Made by a program: the position numbers and the translations under genes. This document shows positions 25,386-32,000 of a stretch of DNA of 32,000 nucleotides, in pieces. Numbering within the stretch: the stretch's first letter is position 1; each line of letters starts with the position of its first letter. This stretch comes from Candidatus Electronema aureum (GTDB lineage Bacteria; Desulfobacterota; Desulfobulbia; Desulfobulbales; Desulfobulbaceae): NCBI GenBank assembly GCA_004284765.1, contig NQJD01000022.1, positions 1 to 32,000 of the forward strand, in the 5' to 3' direction. A model generated the notes under the pieces. It was not told the DNA's origin and made no database searches. It saw nothing but the letters and a program-made list of their open reading frames with translations.

Positions 25386-25849
25386 AATGCCCCTACTGCG
25401 GCAACTTGGACAACCGGGTGATTGATTCCCGCCTGAGCCGCGACAAGACCATCACCCGGCGGCGGCGGCATTGCGCCTCCTGCGAGCAGCGTTTCACCAC
25501 CTATGAGCGGATTGAAATGACCCTGCCCATGCTGGTAAAGAAGGATGGTCGCCGCGAGCCGTGGGATCGGGGCAAAATGCTGCTTGGCCTCGAAAAAGCC
25601 TGCGAAAAGCTGCCAGTGAGTATAGAGCAGTTAGACAGCTTGGTCGATGGCATCGAGCGCAGGCTCCAAGATGTGGGTGGTAAGGAAATTTCCACCTCGC
25701 AGCTTGGTGAATGGGTGATGGAAGCCTTGCCAGAGATTGACGTGGTTGCCTATGTCCGCTTTGCCTCGGTATATCGACAGTTCAAGGATGTGAATGAATT
25801 CATGGACGAACTCAAGCATTTCCTCGGTAAAGAAAAAAAGCATGATTGA
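25382..25849 (+). CDS. nrdR: transcriptional repressor NrdR
   Basis: MKCPYCG...CASC zinc ribbon plus an ATP-cone region. ATGA overlap with trmO. Confidence 0.95.
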   Translation: MKCPYCGNLDNRVIDSRLSRDKTITRRRRHCASCEQRFTTYERIEMTLPMLVKKDGRREPWDRGKMLLGLEKACEKLPVSIEQLDSLVDGIERRLQDVGGKEISTSQLGEWVMEALPEIDVVAYVRFASVYRQFKDVNEFMDELKHFLGKEKKHD

Positions 25850-26933
25850 GGCTGATCTGCATTTCATGCGCTTGGCATTAGACTTGGCCAAAAAAGGGCT
25901 GGGGCGGACTGCGCCCAATCCCTGCGTCGGTGCTGTGCTTGTTCGAGATGGAAACATCATCGGCAGCGGCTATCACCGCAACGCCGGAACCCCTCATGCA
26001 GAAGTGAATGCCATCGCCGATGCCGGGGGAACTTCAGCCTGTTTTGGTGCAACGCTCTACGTCACCTTGGAACCGTGTAACCACACCGGCAGAACCCCGC
26101 CGTGCAGTCAAGCCGTTTTAGCTGCTGGAATTCGGCGGGTGGTTATCGGCATGGCCGATCCCAATCCAGTGGCAGCTGGTGGAGCTGATTTCCTCCGCAA
26201 CCAAGGGGTTATCGTCGAAATAGGGGTGTTAGAACAAGAATGCCACCAGCTCAATCGCCCTTTCATCAAGCATTCAACTACCGGTCTGCCTTGGGTGGTA
26301 CTCAAGGCAGGCATGAGCTTAGACGGCAAAATCAGCCGAGTGCGCGGTCAAGGCGGGCCGATCACCGGGCCGGAGTCGCAGCAGCGGGTGCATGAGCTAC
26401 GCGATCAGCTTGATGCCATTTTGATCGGCATTGGCACAGCTCTGATCGACAATCCAGCTCTTACCTGTCGTTTGGATAATGGCCGAGACCCGCTGCGGTT
26501 GATCTTAGACCGCCAGCTTCGTCTGCCACCGGACGCGAAGATGCTGCACCAGCAATCTGACGCAGCAACGTGGATATTCTGCGAAAACGAAGCATCAGTG
26601 GAAAAACAGAAGCTCCTTGAGCAGGCTGGGGCAATAATTCATCGGATTGCTGTTGATCACAACGGACAGCTTGACCTGAAGCAAGTTTTGCAACGAATTT
26701 GCAGTGCTGGCCTCACTTCAGTGTTGGTAGAAGGTGGTGCAACAGTACATGGAGCTTTTCTGCGGGCTGGGCTGGCAGATGAGATGCAGCTCTTCCTTGC
26801 CCCTTATTTCATCGGCGATACTGGAACACCGTTGCTGACAGGCAGCGTGCCTCTTAATCTGAAGCTCATGGAAATGACTACCGAGAAGCTGGGGGAGGAT
26901 GTACTCCTGCGGGGCTTGCTGCGAACAGACTGA
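25842..26933 (+). CDS. ribD: bifunctional riboflavin biosynthesis deaminase/reductase RibD
   Basis: Start ATG 25842 overlaps the nrdR end. Deaminase motif HAEVNA...PCNHTGRTPPC, followed by a reductase domain. Confidence 0.9.
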   Translation: MIEADLHFMRLALDLAKKGLGRTAPNPCVGAVLVRDGNIIGSGYHRNAGTPHAEVNAIADAGGTSACFGATLYVTLEPCNHTGRTPPCSQAVLAAGIRRVVIGMADPNPVAAGGADFLRNQGVIVEIGVLEQECHQLNRPFIKHSTTGLPWVVLKAGMSLDGKISRVRGQGGPITGPESQQRVHELRDQLDAILIGIGTALIDNPALTCRLDNGRDPLRLILDRQLRLPPDAKMLHQQSDAATWIFCENEASVEKQKLLEQAGAIIHRIAVDHNGQLDLKQVLQRICSAGLTSVLVEGGATVHGAFLRAGLADEMQLFLAPYFIGDTGTPLLTGSVPLNLKLMEMTTEKLGEDVLLRGLLRTD

Positions 26934-26942
26934 AAACTCTAT

Positions 26943-28013
26943 TTATTCATGTTTTATGCTGAATTTTCGCAGAAAAACATCCTGATAAATCTGTAGCAAT
27001 CGATTTCCTTTGCCCTGCTCATGCCGTCTCCGCATGATCGATTCCACCACCGCCGTCTCCGCTTGTCGGAGAACAGTAGCAAATTCCGCTGTGTTCAGGC
27101 GGTCATAGCGAGCGATCTCCTGCCGTTTATTTCGCATTCTACTGAAACCCCGCAATGCTTCTCCCAAGCCTTGACAATAGGCCCAGAAATGCCTTTTCTT
27201 AATCGTGAACAGGAACCAGCAGAACTGATAAATCGCAATCACCGGTAGAAAGCGAAGGAACAAGGGAAAAGAATAATGCTTTATCAGTACGTAGAAAGAA
27301 TTGCGGGTCGAAAGTCGGATAGTGAAGGGATTGAATTTCGAGCCGCTGCTGGCACTGCCGATGTGATAGACCTTGGCGGCTGGGACATAATAGCCTTTGT
27401 ATCTGGCGCGGTTCAAGCGCAGATTGAGGTCAACATCTTCAAGATAAGCGAAAAAATCCTCGTCAAACAGGCCAATGCGGTCAAAGAGGCCGCGCCGATA
27501 CAACACCGCGCCCGCGCAGGTTCCGAAGACCTGCCTCGGATGGTTATAGATTTCGCTGTCTTTCTCCATCGTGCCGATTCGGTATCCGGCTCCGCCGCGC
27601 AAATAGCCATCTCCTGCGCCGTCCAGCACGGTGCGGTTATGGAAACTGAGCATTTTGGGGGCGAAAAACTCATATTCCGGCAGTTCTTCCGCCGCGTTCA
27701 GCAACAGATGCAGGCAGTCAGGCGGCAGCTCGGTGTCATTGTTGAGCAGAAAAACATAAGGCACATTGCTGCTCAAGATACCCGCGTTGACCGCCGCGCT
27801 GAAACCCCGATTTTCCGGCAAAACGATAACATGCACTTGCGGATAGGCTTTTCGCAAATATTCCACTGAGCCATCGCTGGAGCCGTTATCCACCACGGTG
27901 ATTTGCCAAGAATCAAACTGCTGCTGTTCGATGGAGGACAAACAGTTAGAAAGGAAACGCAGTCCGTTCCAATTAGGGATGACGATATTGACTGCCGTTT
28001 GGTCGCCGCTCAC
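26943..28013 (-). CDS. family-2 glycosyltransferase
   Basis: VIPNWNG, VVDNGSSDGS, ENRGFSAAVNAGI, LLNNDTE. Confidence 0.85.
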   Translation of the reverse strand: MSGDQTAVNIVIPNWNGLRFLSNCLSSIEQQQFDSWQITVVDNGSSDGSVEYLRKAYPQVHVIVLPENRGFSAAVNAGILSSNVPYVFLLNNDTELPPDCLHLLLNAAEELPEYEFFAPKMLSFHNRTVLDGAGDGYLRGGAGYRIGTMEKDSEIYNHPRQVFGTCAGAVLYRRGLFDRIGLFDEDFFAYLEDVDLNLRLNRARYKGYYVPAAKVYHIGSASSGSKFNPFTIRLSTRNSFYVLIKHYSFPLFLRFLPVIAIYQFCWFLFTIKKRHFWAYCQGLGEALRGFSRMRNKRQEIARYDRLNTAEFATVLRQAETAVVESIMRRRHEQGKGNRLLQIYQDVFLRKFSIKHE

Positions 28014-28966
28014 GCCTCTTCCCGCTTTCCGCCCAGCACCTTGCGCACCACATAGATCGGCTTACCCTGTGATTCATGGTAAGTTCGCACCTGAAGTTCG
28101 CCCAGCAAGCCGATGGAAATGAACTGAATGCCCATGAAGAGCAGTAATACCGCCAGCAGAAGCAGGGGGCGGTCGGACAGCGGCATCCCAAAAAACGTCC
28201 GCTGGATGGTCATCAGCAGGGCCAAGGCAAAGCCAAGACCGCCGCTGAACATGCCCAGCATTCCGAAAACATGGATGGGGCGGGTGGCGTAGCTGAGGAG
28301 GAATTTGACCGTCATTAGGTCAAGTACCACGCGCAGCGTCCGGGAAATGCCGTACTTGGAGGTGCCAAAACGTCGGGGCCGGTGATTGGCCTTGATTTCG
28401 GTGATCCTGCCGCCTACGCCGCTGGCAATAGCCGGAATAAAGCGGTGCATCTCACCGTACAGATGAATGCCTTGAGTAATCTCTTTCCTGAATGTTTTCA
28501 GGGTACAACCGTAGTCGTGCAGATGCACACCAGTGACGGTGGAGATGATTTTATTCGCGATCATTGAGGGCAGGCGGCGGTTGAGAAACGGGTCTTGCCG
28601 CTTGTAGCGCCAGCCACTAACTAACTCATAACCTTCCTTCATTTTTGCCAGAAACATGGGTAGATCATGCGGATCGTTCTGCATGTCGCCGTCCATAGTC
28701 GCAATCACATCGCCGCTGGCGTAGTCGAAGCCTGCGGACATAGCGGCGGTCTGGCCAAAATTGCGCCGGAAGGAAACCACTACCACCTTACTGTCTTTTT
28801 GCTGAATCTTCTCCAGTAGCTCTAAGCTGGTGTCGCTGGAACCGTCATCCACAAAGACAATTTCGTGGTCGTGTTCAAGACTGTTCAGTACAGCTTTCAG
28901 CTCTTCGTAGAGCGGATTGATGTTTTCTTCTTCGTTGTAGATGGGAATGACGACAGAGAGTTTCAT
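28010..28966 (-). CDS. polyprenyl-phosphate glycosyltransferase (GT2; GtrB/ArnC/DPM1-like)
   Basis: VIPIYNEEENI, VDDGSSD, MDGDMQNDP, plus two C-terminal TM helices, the architecture typical of bactoprenol-phosphate sugar transferases. Confidence 0.85.
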   Translation of the reverse strand: MKLSVVIPIYNEEENINPLYEELKAVLNSLEHDHEIVFVDDGSSDTSLELLEKIQQKDSKVVVVSFRRNFGQTAAMSAGFDYASGDVIATMDGDMQNDPHDLPMFLAKMKEGYELVSGWRYKRQDPFLNRRLPSMIANKIISTVTGVHLHDYGCTLKTFRKEITQGIHLYGEMHRFIPAIASGVGGRITEIKANHRPRRFGTSKYGISRTLRVVLDLMTVKFLLSYATRPIHVFGMLGMFSGGLGFALALLMTIQRTFFGMPLSDRPLLLLAVLLLFMGIQFISIGLLGELQVRTYHESQGKPIYVVRKVLGGKREEA

Positions 28967-29077
28967 TGTTTTGATTTTTATTATAGTTAGACTGGTATCG
29001 AGTAGGGTTGTTCTTTAATGACGAGAATAGGAGTGGTTCAAGCTGTTTTCTATGAGCGAAGCTCATGGGAAAGATTT

Positions 29078-30532
29078 TCAAGAATGAAGCAAAGGCATCT
29101 TTCTGCTTGAAAAAATATTTTTATGGTAAGAAAAAATGCGATGAATCAGCAATGGAAGTGCTATAATTCCGCAATATACAGTTGGAATGCTAAACCTGAA
29201 ATCAGAAGAAGTGCTTATTATAATATAAGGGAACCAATAAATTAATCCTATAGAAAGTATCAACACGATTCTTCTATAGCTGTCTCCGAGATATGCTTTA
29301 TATGAAATTGCAGCAACAAGCTGTAGTATAATTAAAACTATATAAACCCAAACTCTATATAAATAAGTTTTCATTAAAAACCAATAGGCAACGTAAAATG
29401 ATTTTTCCATTGCAATTTTATGACGCATTTCAAGGTGCTTAGAAGGTTCATAAAGTACATCTTGTTTATCAGATGGTTTGTAAATATTAAATTCAAACGC
29501 AACAATCGCAGGAACATGCGGCACAGGCCACTTTATTCCAAGCATGTACAAGACAAGCCTGCTTCTCACCTTTAAATAAGCTGCCGGATATTTCAAGATT
29601 AACCTAATGAAATCTTTTTTGAAAATTTTATCTGGAAATTTATCCGCATTGTCCGTACACCTGTACGGATTAATGTGTGGCAGATATATGATACTACAAG
29701 TGTAAGGTTCGTAAAGCCTTTTTAATTGTTCAATGGTTAGTAACCTTCCAGTATCACTGAATACATATTCAGGAATAATATTTTTATTAAGCTCTACAGA
29801 CATTCCCCATAAATCCCATATAAATGTAGCATTTTCCATATGATGGACTACATTTTCTTTTTTTACAATACCATGAATAAGAAAGTTACTTAACTTAACT
29901 CCGCCATAAAAAAATATTGGAGTTAAAATTGTTATTAAAATTGTTTTTTTTGAGATACTGCTTTTAATTAAGATCGATAATATATATATAATATATGGAA
30001 GTAAACAAACTACAGAATTATGCCTCACAGATATAGTGTATATAAAAAATAAAATAGACAGCAATAAAAATATTTTTTTTCTGTTTAATTCAAATTTAAA
30101 AAGTAAGGCAAAAGACATGGAAAGTGAAACAAACACTGATACATCCTTCCAAATAACACCAGTGATAAAAAATATTGGCGGAAAAAAACAAATAAAGCAA
30201 ATAAAAATTACTCTATGAATTACTCTATGGTAGAAAATTCTTGCTAATAGCCATATAGACAAATTCAATATTATATATTGAAATATAAGCATACCTTGAG
30301 GTCCATATGTAATTTTATTTAAAACGATCCACAAATAGACCATCGACGGTGGAAACCAGCTGCTGATCATTTCTGGATTAGTAACTTGATACCATTGATT
30401 AACAGAGTCGCCTGACATGGCACCAGGATAAAAGATATAGATTCCAAACAATGCTATTGTTATACTTAAAAATAAGTCGAAATAGCTATCAACGAATGAT
30501 TTAAGGAAAACAGTACTAGTATACTTTTTCAT
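29078..30532 (-). CDS. polytopic membrane protein, GT-C-like (GtrC/ArnT-type) candidate glycosyltransferase; very AT-rich
   Basis: 484-aa ORF from ATG 30532 (aggaga SD 6 nt upstream). It has about 10 or more hydrophobic segments. An acidic first-loop motif PGAMSGDSVNQW is present. The gene is adjacent to the GtrB-like gene. The fold call is inference. Confidence 0.5.
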   Translation of the reverse strand: MKKYTSTVFLKSFVDSYFDLFLSITIALFGIYIFYPGAMSGDSVNQWYQVTNPEMISSWFPPSMVYLWIVLNKITYGPQGMLIFQYIILNLSIWLLARIFYHRVIHRVIFICFICFFPPIFFITGVIWKDVSVFVSLSMSFALLFKFELNRKKIFLLLSILFFIYTISVRHNSVVCLLPYIIYILSILIKSSISKKTILITILTPIFFYGGVKLSNFLIHGIVKKENVVHHMENATFIWDLWGMSVELNKNIIPEYVFSDTGRLLTIEQLKRLYEPYTCSIIYLPHINPYRCTDNADKFPDKIFKKDFIRLILKYPAAYLKVRSRLVLYMLGIKWPVPHVPAIVAFEFNIYKPSDKQDVLYEPSKHLEMRHKIAMEKSFYVAYWFLMKTYLYRVWVYIVLIILQLVAAISYKAYLGDSYRRIVLILSIGLIYWFPYIIISTSSDFRFSIPTVYCGIIALPLLIHRIFSYHKNIFSSRKMPLLHS

Positions 30533-30663
30533 TTGATATCTCCTGATGTATGTATTCAATCAGCAAAATAACTATATTGAATAAAGATGCCTTTTACATA
30601 TCTGTAGGCGTACACTGTTCAATATTTTCCTTACTCATTATACATAAATTTAATTTTTCTTTG

Positions 30664-32000
30664 CTAATACAAAAACACATCCGGCCAGTTATCATTGCCG
30701 GTATGGAAGCTCAGGCGCGCCGTATTGCTCATAGAAGAACCAATCGGCCAGAGGAAAATTTCATAATCTGCCGTGTCATGCTCATGCCCACCGGTGCTGG
30801 CTCCATAGACCAACAAATCGCCAGTGTTGGCGATTTTAGGAAAATATTCATGACTGTACTCGCTCGGTGAATCGAACCAAAGCTGCCGCTCCAGCGTGTC
30901 AGGATTGATCTTGTAGAAAACGTTCCCTTTTTCCCCATGCCCAACATGGTAGAGAAAAGAAGAATCCGGCGACCAGTTCAGCTCGCAGCCCTCGTTGACT
31001 TCGCGCACCGTCCTATCCGGCCCGATCAGATAGGTATAAACCGGACCGTTTTTCCGCATCGTCACCGCCAAACTCTGCCGGGCTTCACTCCACGCCGGAG
31101 TTTCTAAATACAGGGAAGCATCAAGCGGCAAGCTCTTTCCTGTTTCAAATACCACAGTCTCCTTCCCGGTGGCAAGAACATATTCGACGAACTGGTTTGC
31201 CTGCCGCTGAAAATAGATTTTTTTGCCATCCGCCGACCATGTGGGCGTGTTGGCGTTTTTTGCCAGTAAGCGGCTCTTGCCGGTGGGCAAATCGAGCAGC
31301 CAAGCGTCCCAAGGATATTTGTTGCGCTGCGAAACCCACGGTTCCTGCGAGCGGGCAAAGACCACCTTGCTGCCGTCCGGCGAAATGCGGGGAAAATAGT
31401 CGGTATGCGGGTCAGAAGTCAGGCGGGTCAGCTTGCGTTCTGGCAGGGTGAGCATGACCAGATCATGCGTACCAAAACGGTTGCTACTCCAGATAACAAA
31501 ACCGCGCAGCTTGGTCAAGATCGGATTAGCGGCCAGCTCTGCCTCAGCAGTAGGAATAGGCTGGCCGGGCTTAGGCGGACGAAAGGCTCCCATCTTGCCC
31601 ACGTTGCGGACTTGCAGGGCAAAGACAGCCAGCCCGGCGCAGAAGAGGCAGGCGGTTAACGGCAAGAGCCATTTTTTTCCCTGCGCCGTCGGAGCAATGC
31701 TGCTTCGGCGACCAAGCAAGATGATGAACAAAATTAAGGCAGCGATACCCAGTGCGTAATCAACAGCTTGGCTCCAGATATGCAGAGTCAGCATGACCAA
31801 AACCGAGGCGGTCTTGGCCGCGCCGAGGACGGTCAGGGCCAACGCGCCGCCTGCCTCGTAGGTACCGAAGCTCATGAAGGTCGGCACTGGCAGCGCGCTG
31901 CCAGCCTCGGCGCTGACCAACGCGACAAGCACCGCAGCAATATCCCGCCTCAGCTCTGGGAAGGAGGAAAGTGCAACACCGAGAAAAAGCAGATAAAGGC
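30664..32000 (-). CDS. membrane protein: flippase-like (UPF0104 / LPG-synthase TM-like) N-terminal region fused to a periplasmic PD40/TolB-like beta-propeller; 5' end outside the window
   Basis: The reading frame stays open to position 32000 (LYLLFLGVALSSFPELRRDIAAVLVAL...). PD40-like repeats are SPDGSKVVF, TWSADGKKIYF and NWSPDSSFLY. Confidence 0.6.
   Translation of the reverse strand, partial: LYLLFLGVALSSFPELRRDIAAVLVALVSAEAGSALPVPTFMSFGTYEAGGALALTVLGAAKTASVLVMLTLHIWSQAVDYALGIAALILFIILLGRRSSIAPTAQGKKWLLPLTACLFCAGLAVFALQVRNVGKMGAFRPPKPGQPIPTAEAELAANPILTKLRGFVIWSSNRFGTHDLVMLTLPERKLTRLTSDPHTDYFPRISPDGSKVVFARSQEPWVSQRNKYPWDAWLLDLPTGKSRLLAKNANTPTWSADGKKIYFQRQANQFVEYVLATGKETVVFETGKSLPLDASLYLETPAWSEARQSLAVTMRKNGPVYTYLIGPDRTVREVNEGCELNWSPDSSFLYHVGHGEKGNVFYKINPDTLERQLWFDSPSEYSHEYFPKIANTGDLLVYGASTGGHEHDTADYEIFLWPIGSSMSNTARLSFHTGNDNWPDVFLY

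Noticed and set aside
29944-30080. A8/T8 homopolymer tracts inside the GT-C-like gene (29944-29951, 30073-30080) as phase-variation switches.
   Set aside because: In a gene this AT-rich, Lys-Lys (AAAAAA) and Phe-Phe runs produce such tracts by chance. There is no evidence of length heterogeneity.
1-32000. Scan for tRNA, rRNA, tmRNA and CRISPR repeat-spacer arrays in all intergenic regions.
   Set aside because: No cloverleaf-compatible sequence (no GTTCGAATC-type T-arm in non-coding DNA). No regularly spaced repeats of 25-40 bp beyond the two- and three-unit repeats already described.

Overview
32-kb window from a GC-rich bacterium. Gene content and order suggest an anaerobic Desulfobacterota (delta-proteobacterial-type) genome, but that is inference only. 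Core content has three parts. (i) A minus-strand acetate-uptake region (DUF485-actP), followed by a PAP2 phosphatase, a DapB-like reductase and a translationally coupled DUF294 nucleotidyltransferase / DnaQ-like exonuclease pair. (ii) A ~15.5-kb plus-strand housekeeping super-operon, yceD-rpmF-plsX-fabH-[acd-etfB-etfA]-fabG-acpP-fabF-rpiB-glyA-trmO-nrdR-ribD, with many 4-bp ATGA start/stop overlaps. In it an acyl-CoA dehydrogenase / EtfB / ferredoxin-EtfA module sits where fabD is expected. (iii) A minus-strand envelope-glycosylation cluster: two GT2 enzymes, a GT-C-like polytopic protein, and a flippase-like/PD40 fusion running off the window. Four visibly AT-rich accessory patches are superimposed. 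First, an IS630 remnant (itself split by a 116-bp MITE) plus a zinc-ribbon/DUF4145 gene (1-1371). Second, a wedge of small ORF + AbrB-PIN toxin-antitoxin + AbiJ-like gene that splits etfB from etfA (16219-17979) and is partitioned by a degenerate copy of the etfB 3' end. Third, an orphan P-loop NTPase between rpiB and glyA (22160-23602). Fourth, the AT-rich GT-C-like gene (29078-30532). No rRNA, tRNA or CRISPR array was recognised. All family calls come from motif recognition by eye; no database or HMM search was run.
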